DNA from: an uncultured bacterium
GTDB taxonomy: Bacteria > Omnitrophota > Gorgyraeia > Zapsychrales > Aceulaceae
Length of the DNA stretch: 64,000 nucleotides
Reading direction: 5' to 3'
Assembly (NCBI GenBank): GCA_937930175.1
Contig: CALGLP010000022.1
Coordinates: 66,585 to 130,584 of the forward strand
The translations under genes were made by a program, and so were the position numbers. Under the pieces are notes generated by a model, which worked only from the letters and a program-made list of their open reading frames with translations, searched no databases and had not been told where the DNA came from. The first letter of the stretch is position 1, and each line of letters opens with the position of its first letter. This document shows, in pieces, positions 56,583 through 64,000 of the stretch.

Positions 56583-57553
56583 TGATCAAGCCAAGGTGCT
56601 TTATTTTTATTGTTGTTTTTTTTCTTTGGGGGGCCTCGCTTTCGTTTGGTGAGTTGTTATGTTCTTTTAGCGGTTCTTGGGATTTTGCCAAGAAAGAACT
56701 TGATCTTATTTTTGAGCCCGTGTCAGGTGGGCGCATTGGTTTCCAGGTCGCAGAGCAGAAAGCGCAGACAGTTGATTTTCAAGTTGATCTTGCAGGGATT
56801 AAGCTTTTGCTGTTTGATATTACCGCAGAAATGATGGGGACAGCCAAGGTCGTTGACCTTTTAGGCTCTGATCCTGTGATAGAGGGCGTTATGGATGATG
56901 GGGGTGGGGCGCTTTTAGGCTATAATTCTCATCGTCTTATCAAAGGAGGATTTAAGCTCAAAGAGGACAAAATTTTTTTAGAGAATTGCTTATGGGAGGG
57001 TCTACAGCTGCAGGGATATTGTTCGCTTGTGTTGCCTTTTGAAGTTGATTTATCTCTTAAGGCGCAGCATGTTTTGCTTGTTGATCTTCTTTCTTGGTTA
57101 GGTCAAGAAGGCAATGATGCTCAGGGTGAAGTTTCAGGGGAAATTCATTTTTCAGGGTTCTTGGATTGTTTGGCGATGAAGGGCAAGCTTTTTTCTTCAG
57201 GTCAAATTGGAGATTTTCGTTACGATAGTATTGTTGCGAGCTTTCAAGGATTTTATCCTAAGGTTAAGTTGATGGATACAAGTGTCACCCAAGAAGGGGG
57301 AATAAGTTTCTTCTTGGAAGGTAATATTGATTTATCGAAGGATTTTAAGAATTTTTCTGAGCAGTTAGCCAAGATGAAAATGTTACCGTTGATCCGACAG
57401 ACTGACGTTGATAGGGAGTGGACGATTCGTCGCGAGACGCAGGACAAGAAGTCAGGAGAGACAGAGTTTAAGTATCGGCTAAGAAAAGAGCGTGAATTTT
57501 CTGGGGTTGGAGAAGGCGGGATGCTTACGATTCAACGCAGTATCAAGTTTTAA
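56579..57553 (+). CDS. Hypothetical secreted protein (signal peptide), inserted between clpC and radA
   Basis: N-terminal hydrophobic segment IFIVVFFLWGASLSFG; no recognisable domain; start overlaps the clpC stop. Confidence 0.5.
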   Translation: MMIKPRCFIFIVVFFLWGASLSFGELLCSFSGSWDFAKKELDLIFEPVSGGRIGFQVAEQKAQTVDFQVDLAGIKLLLFDITAEMMGTAKVVDLLGSDPVIEGVMDDGGGALLGYNSHRLIKGGFKLKEDKIFLENCLWEGLQLQGYCSLVLPFEVDLSLKAQHVLLVDLLSWLGQEGNDAQGEVSGEIHFSGFLDCLAMKGKLFSSGQIGDFRYDSIVASFQGFYPKVKLMDTSVTQEGGISFFLEGNIDLSKDFKNFSEQLAKMKMLPLIRQTDVDREWTIRRETQDKKSGETEFKYRLRKEREFSGVGEGGMLTIQRSIKF

Positions 57554-57582
57554 ATGGCTTGCCTTTGCCAAAAAAAGGTAAA

Positions 57583-57812
57583 GGGTATCCGCAAAAAGCG
57601 GACCCGTTTTTAGCGAGAATTCGGACAGTGATTTTATGATTATTTGTCTCCGCCAAGAGCGGCGGAGGGTATCTGCAAAGAGCGGACCCGCCTCTGGCGG
57701 GAATTCGGTCGAACAATTTAGGTTCCTTGTGTAATTTGAAGTTTTGTTTAAGGAAACCCCGCGTCGCTTGTGCTCCTGGGGTAAATTCGCACAGTGATTT
57801 ATGATCACTGTG
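57583..57812. repeat. Repeat/palindrome-rich radA upstream region: ~55-nt direct-repeat units (GGGTATC(C/T)GCAAA(A/G)AGCGGACCCG...GAATTCGG...), a CTCCGCCAAGAgcGGCGGAG hairpin (57648-57667), and palindromes ACAGTGAT-ttatg-ATCACTGT and CATAAAT-n9-ATTTATG
   Basis: Direct and inverted repeats read directly from sequence; the ACAGTGATTT(T)ATGAT motif occurs twice (about 57624 and 57791). Confidence 0.5.
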
Positions 57813-57835
57813 TTCCATAAATCACGTGCTCATTT

Positions 57836-59194
57836 ATGAAAACAAAAACACTCTTTATTTGTCAAGAATGTGGAACGCAGTCTTCTGGATGGCTCGGTCG
57901 TTGTCCAGGGTGTCAGAGCTGGAATACCTTGGTGGAAGAGCTTTTAGAGCCTCAAACGACCGCGACGCGTCCAGCGCTTGTTTTAAAAGAGCAACCGGTC
58001 TTGCTGCATGATGTTTTAAGTGATGAGGAGCGAAGGTTTCAGACGGCTAACGGAGAACTTGATCGTGTTTTGGGCGGTGGGATTGTGCCAGGGTCCGTGG
58101 TGCTTTTAGGTGGGGATCCAGGGATTGGCAAATCAACGCTCGCGCTTCAGGCGGGATGCTTATTGGCGCAAAAAGGGCTCAAGGTTTTTTATGTTAGCGG
58201 TGAGGAGTCTGTCAAGCAGACTAAGATGCGCGCGAATCGTCTTGTGGAGAATAATCACCATAAGCTTTATATTGTGAATCAGGTTGACTTGGATACGATT
58301 TTTCAACAAATGGATGAGCTCAAGCCAGATCTTGTGATCATTGATTCGATCCAGGTGGTTTTTCAGAAAAATATTTCTTCGTCTCCTGGCAGCGTGAGCC
58401 AGGTGCGCGAATGCGCGTCACTCCTGACTCAGTTTGCCAAGGCCAAAGGTATTGCGTTAATGATTATTGGTCATGTGACCAAGGAAGGGATGCTCGCTGG
58501 TCCTCGCGTGCTTGAGCACTTAGTTGATACTGTTTTGTATTTTGAAGGTGAGCGTTATTCGATGTATCGAGTTCTACGCGCGACGAAGAATCGCTTTGGC
58601 TCTACCAATGAAATCGGTGTTTTCGAAATGACTGCCACTGGCTTGAAAGAGGTAAAGAACCCTTCGGAAATCTTTTTGTCCGAAAGGCCAGCCAATGCCC
58701 CGGGGTCCGTGGTTGTCCCGATCCTCGAGGGCACAAGGCCATTTTTGGTGGAAATCCAAGGGCTGGTGAGCCGTGCAAATTTTGGGATGGCGCGACAAAA
58801 AGCACAAGGCTTTGACGCAAACCGTTTGGCACTTTTAGCCGCAGTCCTGGAAAAGAAGCTAGGACTTGCTTTACAAGATAAAGATATCTTTTTAAATGTT
58901 GTTGGAGGCGTCAGGGTGATGGATCCCGCAGCAGATTTAGCCGTATCCTTAGCTGTGGCATCAGCCCTGCTAGACAAAAAGATGGCTTGGGATATTGTAG
59001 TTTTAGGAGAGGTCGGGCTTTCCTCGGAGGTCAGGAGTGTCAGTCATGTGGCTGTGCGGATCAATGAAGCGCAGCGGCTTGGGTTTAAGCGCTGTATTTT
59101 ACCAAAGAATAATTTGAAAGGAAAAGAAATTAAGAAAGAGAAAATCGAGCTCATCGCTGTTGAGTCGGTTAGGGAAGCTCTGGATGCTCTGTAA
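57836..59194 (+). CDS. radA: DNA repair protein RadA/Sms
   Basis: N-terminal C4 zinc finger (CQECG...CPGC), RecA-like Walker A GDPGIGKST, KNRFG motif and a Lon-protease-like C-terminal domain. Confidence 0.95.
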   Translation: MKTKTLFICQECGTQSSGWLGRCPGCQSWNTLVEELLEPQTTATRPALVLKEQPVLLHDVLSDEERRFQTANGELDRVLGGGIVPGSVVLLGGDPGIGKSTLALQAGCLLAQKGLKVFYVSGEESVKQTKMRANRLVENNHHKLYIVNQVDLDTIFQQMDELKPDLVIIDSIQVVFQKNISSSPGSVSQVRECASLLTQFAKAKGIALMIIGHVTKEGMLAGPRVLEHLVDTVLYFEGERYSMYRVLRATKNRFGSTNEIGVFEMTATGLKEVKNPSEIFLSERPANAPGSVVVPILEGTRPFLVEIQGLVSRANFGMARQKAQGFDANRLALLAAVLEKKLGLALQDKDIFLNVVGGVRVMDPAADLAVSLAVASALLDKKMAWDIVVLGEVGLSSEVRSVSHVAVRINEAQRLGFKRCILPKNNLKGKEIKKEKIELIAVESVREALDAL

Positions 59195-59218
59195 TCGTTA
59201 TTATTTAAAGGAGAGGCT

Positions 59219-60196
59219 ATGACATTATTTATTGTTCGTTTGTTTTTTCTCATCATTAGCGCAACAGTGGGTTATCAGATCGGTGATATTTCAGGCTGGG
59301 GCACGACAGGAATTTTAGGAGGTGCGGCTTTTGGGTTAACACTTATTTTTCTTGAGACAAAAATGTATCGCGTTTCTCTTCGCGGTTTGTCGAGTATGGT
59401 TTTTGGTTTGATCTTAGGAATGGCCATTGCAAAGCTTGTGACTGATATTCTTGCTCTTCTGCCTCTAGGAGAGTATCTTCTTTCGCTCTCTCGCGTTATT
59501 TTAACAATTATATTTTGTTATCTAGCGATTACCATGGCCTTGCGCGGGAAAGATGATTTTAACTTGATCATTCCTTATGTGCGGTTTCGTAAAGAAAACT
59601 TTTTTGAAAATGTTGTTATCTTGGATACCAGCGCGATCATTGATGGCCGCATCATGGATGTTTGCAAGACAGATTTCTTTCAGGCGCGCTTGGTTGTGCC
59701 GCGATTTGTTTTAAAAGAGTTGCAAACATTGTCAGACTCTAAGGATGCGATCAAGCGTGAACGTGGCCGACGAGGTATGGAGATCTTACGCGTGATGCAA
59801 AAAGATGCGGCCATCGACGTAAAAGTCCATGAGGATGATTTTGCGGATTTGAGCGATGTTGATGACAAACTTTTGCATTTGGCTAAGCGTATCGAGGCGC
59901 GCATTTGCACCACGGATTTTAATCTTAATCGTAATGCGGGCATTCAAGGTATTAAGATTCTTAACTTAAATGAGCTTGTTAATGCGGTTAAGCCTGTTGT
60001 TTTTCCTGGAGATCGCATTAGCATTAAGCTTGTGAAAGAAGGAACGGAACATCAGCAAGCGGTGGGCTATCTGAGCGATGGGACCATGATCGTTGTTGCC
60101 GATGCCAGGCATTTGATTGGCCAGGATGTTTCAGTGGAGATCACTTCTGCGATTCAAACCCAGGCCGGACGGATGATTTTTGGAAAAATTAAATAA
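59219..60196 (+). CDS. YacL-like membrane protein with PIN and TRAM domains
   Basis: Four N-terminal transmembrane helices, a PIN domain (VILDTSAIIDGRI...), and a C-terminal TRAM-like beta-barrel (GQDVSVEITSAIQTQAGRMIFGK); Bacillus-type position after radA. Confidence 0.8.
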   Translation: MTLFIVRLFFLIISATVGYQIGDISGWGTTGILGGAAFGLTLIFLETKMYRVSLRGLSSMVFGLILGMAIAKLVTDILALLPLGEYLLSLSRVILTIIFCYLAITMALRGKDDFNLIIPYVRFRKENFFENVVILDTSAIIDGRIMDVCKTDFFQARLVVPRFVLKELQTLSDSKDAIKRERGRRGMEILRVMQKDAAIDVKVHEDDFADLSDVDDKLLHLAKRIEARICTTDFNLNRNAGIQGIKILNLNELVNAVKPVVFPGDRISIKLVKEGTEHQQAVGYLSDGTMIVVADARHLIGQDVSVEITSAIQTQAGRMIFGKIK

Positions 60197-60876
60197 TGAA
60201 AATTCAAGCCATCATTGCAGCAGCAGGGCTGGGAACAAGACTTAAGGCTTCAGACCCTAAGCCGCTGATCGTGATGAATCAGAAACCGTTATTGGTTTAC
60301 AGCCTTGAGGTTTTTGAACAATGTTCTTTGGTTGATAGCGTCATTGTTGTGGTTCCTCAAGATTCAATGATGAGCTTTGAACAAGCCGTTAAAGATTTTC
60401 ATGGCAAGAAAAAAATCAAGTGTGTTGTGGGTGGCTCAAGGCGCTGTGATTCTGTGGCCAACGGCTTAAAGGCATTGGATCAGGATACACAATTTGTTGT
60501 GGTACATGACGGAGCTAGGCCTTTTTTGATGGGGGAGCTTCTTGCTCAATGCATCGTGGCCGCTCAAGAAAATAAAGCCGCGATCGTGGCCGTGCCGGTC
60601 AAGCCAACGGTCAAGTGTGTTAATTTAAAATCTTTAACCGTTGAAAGCACGCTTAAGCGCGAGGAACTGTGGGAGATCCAGACGCCGCAAGTTTTTGAGA
60701 AAGGCATTCTTCTGAAGGCGTATGAGGGTTTAGGTTCTGCAACACCCACCGATGATGCTGAATTAGTTGAGCGTTTAGGGATTAGACCCAAGGTTGTGAT
60801 GGGGAGTTATCAGAATATTAAAATTACAACCCAGGAAGACCTGGCGTTTGCCGAGTTTCTTTTAACCAAAGGATAA
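60196..60876 (+). CDS. ispD: 2-C-methyl-D-erythritol 4-phosphate cytidylyltransferase
   Basis: [12 protein letters not shown]-terminal motif and the VVVHDGARP region; ~226 aa. Confidence 0.9.
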   Translation: MKIQAIIAAAGLGTRLKASDPKPLIVMNQKPLLVYSLEVFEQCSLVDSVIVVVPQDSMMSFEQAVKDFHGKKKIKCVVGGSRRCDSVANGLKALDQDTQFVVVHDGARPFLMGELLAQCIVAAQENKAAIVAVPVKPTVKCVNLKSLTVESTLKREELWEIQTPQVFEKGILLKAYEGLGSATPTDDAELVERLGIRPKVVMGSYQNIKITTQEDLAFAEFLLTKG

Positions 60877-60877
60877 T

Positions 60878-61354
60878 ATGAAGCGTATTGGCATAGGATA
60901 TGATATTCATCGCCTTGTTGAGGGGCGCAAGCTTGTTTTAGGGGGACTAGAGATCCCATACCCTAAAGGACTTTTAGGGCATTCGGATGCGGATGCCTTG
61001 ACACATGCGATTTGTGACGCTTTGCTTGGTGCCTTAGGTCAGGGAGACATTGGCGAACATTTTCCAGATACCGATGCGCGTTACAAACAGATTTCGAGTT
61101 TGATTTTGCTCAAAAGCGTCAAGAAGCTCGTCGATCAAGAGGGCTATAGCATTGTGAATGTTGATACGATTGTGATCGCGGAAAAACCTAATCTGAAGCC
61201 TTATAAGCCAAAAATGCGCACGTTGCTGGCTGAGTGCTTAGGGATTCAACCCGAGACGATCAACATCAAGGCCAAGACCCAAGAAGGGCTAGGTTTTGGC
61301 GCTTATGGGGAAGAGGCCATCGCGGCCCATGCGATTGTTTTGTTGTCGAAATAA
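60878..61354 (+). CDS. ispF: 2-C-methyl-D-erythritol 2,4-cyclodiphosphate synthase
   Basis: [10 protein letters not shown]...[16 protein letters not shown] canonical IspF motifs; 158 aa. Confidence 0.9.
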   Translation: MKRIGIGYDIHRLVEGRKLVLGGLEIPYPKGLLGHSDADALTHAICDALLGALGQGDIGEHFPDTDARYKQISSLILLKSVKKLVDQEGYSIVNVDTIVIAEKPNLKPYKPKMRTLLAECLGIQPETINIKAKTQEGLGFGAYGEEAIAAHAIVLLSK

Positions 61355-61471
61355 GCTGTTGGGTAGGCTTATAAGGGGTCATAGTTTTTTGTGAGTGGTG
61401 GAGCAAGTTTTCGACATCCAACTTGCGAGCATTTTGCTTCGTAAGTGCTGTCGTTATTGAAGGAGAAAAGC

Positions 61472-62152
61472 ATGTTACTATTTCTTTTAAACATTGTTTT
61501 AGTTTTATTAGTTTGGTATTTTTTTGTTTTGGCCATATTTTCAGAAGAAATTAAATCGGCACAAGACCGTGATCCTGCCGCTAAAGGCAACGTTCAGATT
61601 ATTTTTCTCTCGAGCGGCCTCCACGCGATTGTTGTTTATCGGCTTTCGCATCTTTTGTGGAAGCAGGGCATTCCATTTTTTCCGCGTCTCGTTTCTCAGC
61701 TTGGCCGTTTTTTGACAGGTATTGAAATTCATCCTGGGGCCGAGATTGGCCGAGGGCTTTTTATTGATCACGGCATGGGCGTTGTCGTCGGCGAAACAGC
61801 CATTATTGGAAACAATGTTACGCTTTTTCAAGGTGTCACCTTAGGCGGCACAGGCAAGGAAACAGGGAAGCGACATCCGACTTTAGGCGATCATATTGTT
61901 GTGGGAGCCGGGGCTAAGATCTTGGGAAATATTACCATTGGAAGCAATTCCTACATTGGCGCTAATGCGGTTGTGCTCAAAGACGTCCCACCCAATACAA
62001 CCGTTGTTGGGGTTCCAGGCCATGTGACTAAACAAGATGGAAAGAAAATTGATCGCGCCATGGATCATATCAACGTTTTGGATCCCGTGATGCAGCAGCT
62101 TGAGGAATTAAAGAAGCGTATTGATGAGCTTGAAAGTAAGGAGCAGAAATAA
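61472..62152 (+). CDS. cysE: Serine O-acetyltransferase with an unusual N-terminal hydrophobic segment and a C-terminal coiled-coil tail; start ambiguous (ATG 61472 with AAGGAG ribosome-binding site; a TTG at 61529 would give a Bacillus-length N-terminus)
   Basis: DRDPAA...GLHAI..YRL.H.LW and the hexapeptide region [28 protein letters not shown] align closely with short-form CysE. Confidence 0.85.
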   Translation: MLLFLLNIVLVLLVWYFFVLAIFSEEIKSAQDRDPAAKGNVQIIFLSSGLHAIVVYRLSHLLWKQGIPFFPRLVSQLGRFLTGIEIHPGAEIGRGLFIDHGMGVVVGETAIIGNNVTLFQGVTLGGTGKETGKRHPTLGDHIVVGAGAKILGNITIGSNSYIGANAVVLKDVPPNTTVVGVPGHVTKQDGKKIDRAMDHINVLDPVMQQLEELKKRIDELESKEQK

Positions 62153-62156
62153 GCCC

Positions 62157-63551
62157 GTGGATATCCATATTTATAATTCGTTGGGAAATAAAAAGCAAGT
62201 TCTTACGCCGATCAAGGGGAAAGCGCTTAATATTTATTCCTGTGGGGTTACAGTCTATGATCGTTGCCACCTAGGACATGCGCGCAGTCTGTATGTCTTT
62301 GATATGATCCGTCGGTATTTGTGTTATCGAGGTTACACGGTGCGGTTTATCCGCAATATCACGGACATTGATGACAAGATTATTCATCGCGCAAAGGAAC
62401 TACACAAAGATTGGCGCGAGATTGTGGATGAGAATATTGTAGCCTATCGTCGTGATTTAAAGTCATTAGGGATTTTAGATGCCGATGTTGAGCCGCGGGC
62501 CACGGAACATATTCCTGAGATTATCGCACACATCGAAGGTCTGATCGCTAAAGATTATGCCTATGTTCAAGATGGAGATGTGTATTTTAGCGTGCGTCAG
62601 TTTAAAGATTATGGCAAGCTTTCGGGTCAGAGCATTGAAAAAATGCAAGAGGCCGTCCGCATTGAAAAAGATGACAAGAAGAAGGATCCTCTGGATTTTG
62701 CCCTGTGGAAGAAATCAAAAGAGGGTGAACCCTTCTGGGATAGTCCCTGGGGAGCGGGTCGTCCAGGCTGGCATATTGAATGCTCAGCCATGAGCATGAA
62801 GTGCGCTCATGCCAAGACCCTTGATATTCATGCCGGCGGGAGAGATCTCATTTTTCCGCACCATGAAAATGAGGTGGCTCAAAGCGAAGCCCTAACAGGA
62901 AAGCCCTTTGCCCAGTATTGGATCCACCATGGCCTTTTGACGATTAACAGTCAGAAGATGGCAAAATCGCTAAAGAATTTTATCACCATCGAGGAGGCTT
63001 TAAAGAAATATACACCCGACGAGCTTAAGCTTTTCTTTCTTTCCTCGCATTATGGTAGCAGTCTTGATTTTAATGATGAGAAGATGCAGGAAGTGCGTAA
63101 GAATATTGGACGCTTCTCTATTTTTTTCTTTGAAGCAGAAAATTTAAAGAAGGAAAGCCAAGATAATGTAGCTGATTTTCCATCAGCAATCGAAAAGCAT
63201 AAGCAAGAATTCTTAAAAGCCATGGATGATGATTTTAATAGTCCGCGGGCCTTGGCCGCTCTTTTTGAAATGATCACAGAGACCTACAAGCTTAAGGGCG
63301 TGGAAGATTATGCTGGTCTTTTTGGTCGCGTGGCGGCGTTGATCCGCAGTTTCGGTCAGGAGATTTTTGGACTTTCGATGCAGTTTGCTTTGCTTGATCT
63401 GAGCGCTCATGAAGCCTTGCTTCTTGATGCGCGCAAAGTGGCAAGGGCGCAGAAAGATTTTAAACGTTCGGATGAGCTTCGAGATGAATTGAAGGGTTGT
63501 GGCATCATTGTCGAGGACGGCCCGGGGGGACAAAGATGGCGAAGAGGGTAA
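62157..63551 (+). CDS. cysS: Cysteine--tRNA ligase (start reassigned to GTG 62157 with GGAG ribosome-binding site; the ORF track begins at TTG 62121 inside the cysE tail)
   Basis: HIGH motif (CHLGHARS), Zn ligands, and the KMSKS motif (KMAKSL); N-terminus (M)[12 protein letters not shown] aligns with canonical CysS starts. Confidence 0.9.
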   Translation: MDIHIYNSLGNKKQVLTPIKGKALNIYSCGVTVYDRCHLGHARSLYVFDMIRRYLCYRGYTVRFIRNITDIDDKIIHRAKELHKDWREIVDENIVAYRRDLKSLGILDADVEPRATEHIPEIIAHIEGLIAKDYAYVQDGDVYFSVRQFKDYGKLSGQSIEKMQEAVRIEKDDKKKDPLDFALWKKSKEGEPFWDSPWGAGRPGWHIECSAMSMKCAHAKTLDIHAGGRDLIFPHHENEVAQSEALTGKPFAQYWIHHGLLTINSQKMAKSLKNFITIEEALKKYTPDELKLFFLSSHYGSSLDFNDEKMQEVRKNIGRFSIFFFEAENLKKESQDNVADFPSAIEKHKQEFLKAMDDDFNSPRALAALFEMITETYKLKGVEDYAGLFGRVAALIRSFGQEIFGLSMQFALLDLSAHEALLLDARKVARAQKDFKRSDELRDELKGCGIIVEDGPGGQRWRRG

Positions 63552-64000
63552 GAGGGATTTTTATTACTTTTGAAGGTTCTGAAGGATGCGGGAAAAGCAC
63601 GCAGGCCAAGTTGTTGTGTGATTTCTTGAAGAAAGAAAAGAAGGATGTGCTACATATCCGTGAGCCTGGGGGAATCAAGATTAGTGAACAGATTCGCAAG
63701 ATTTTGTTGGATGAGAATAATAAAGAAATGGTTAAGTCGTGCGAAGTCTTGTTGTATATGGCGGCCCGCGCGCAATTGGTTGATGAGAAAATTCTTCCTG
63801 CGTTAAAAAAAGGTAGCATTATTATTTGCGACCGTTTTCAAGACTCGACTGTTGCCTATCAAGGCTATGGTTGCGGCGTGGATATCCGTTTTATTCAGGA
63901 GATTGGCCGCTATGTGACAGAAAATGTGCGGCCCGATCTAACGTTTCTTCTTGACCTGCCAACTCATAAGGGCCTCTCGCGTATCCAAGCGCCCAAAGAT
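63536..64000 (+). CDS. tmk: Thymidylate kinase (5' portion; continues beyond the window)
   Basis: [27 protein letters not shown] (P-loop) and the DRF/LID region CDRFQDSTVAYQG; not in the ORF track because there is no in-window stop. Confidence 0.85.
   Translation, partial: MAKRVRGIFITFEGSEGCGKSTQAKLLCDFLKKEKKDVLHIREPGGIKISEQIRKILLDENNKEMVKSCEVLLYMAARAQLVDEKILPALKKGSIIICDRFQDSTVAYQGYGCGVDIRFIQEIGRYVTENVRPDLTFLLDLPTHKGLSRIQAPKD

Noticed and set aside
57583-57812. Possible CRISPR array in the radA upstream repeats
   Set aside because: Only 2-3 imperfect repeats with unequal spacing, no regular spacer architecture and no cas genes anywhere in the window.
57479-57818. Minus-strand ORFs 57479-57808 and 57543-57818 upstream of radA
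   Set aside because: Generated by the direct repeats in this spacer (the peptides themselves are repetitive: ...GPLFADTL... twice); no coding support.

Overview
This 64-kb chromosomal window appears to come from a low-GC bacterium with an outer membrane; spot counts of individual 60-nt lines range from 35% to 55% GC. It carries about 56 protein genes plus one tRNA, and all but one gene (ppiD-like) lie on the + strand. Most content is housekeeping: ABC-F ATPase, dinB, htrA, rmuC, pgeF, cutA, hisG, TPR protein, lysS, lolCD, ilvE, htpX, lexA and a sodium:alanine symporter. Three gene blocks keep classic Bacillus-type order: ispE-spoVG-[tRNA-Gln]-glmU-prs-ctc(rplY)-pth; rpsF-ssb-rpsR-rplI-dnaB; and mcsA-mcsB-clpC-(orf)-radA-yacL-ispD-ispF-cysE-cysS-tmk. 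These sit alongside an outer-membrane/lipid A cluster (bamA-skp-lpxD-lpxC/fabZ fusion-lpxA-lpxI) and an aromatic 2-oxoacid cluster (iorA-iorB-paaK-ACT). The standout is one uninterrupted 11,562-nt gene (12051-23612) encoding a 3853-aa secreted giant protein. It combines HEAT-like repeats (with an exact in-frame 426-nt tandem duplication), a DOT1-like SAM methyltransferase domain, a HAD-hydrolase domain, a GHKL (histidine-kinase/Hsp90-type) ATPase-like domain and further internal repeat modules. Two paralogous copies of a ~100-115-nt hairpin-forming non-coding element with compensatory base changes are present (after dinB and after the giant gene). Other unusual points: a SpoVG with a zinc-ribbon insertion, an HtpX with a C-terminal EF-hand, a signal-peptide-bearing small heat-shock protein next to HtrA, a 32-aa bS22-like ribosomal ORF absent from the ORF track, a candidate LexA operator on a leaderless lexA promoter, and repeat/palindrome-rich DNA upstream of radA. 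No CRISPR array, transposase or integrase was seen.
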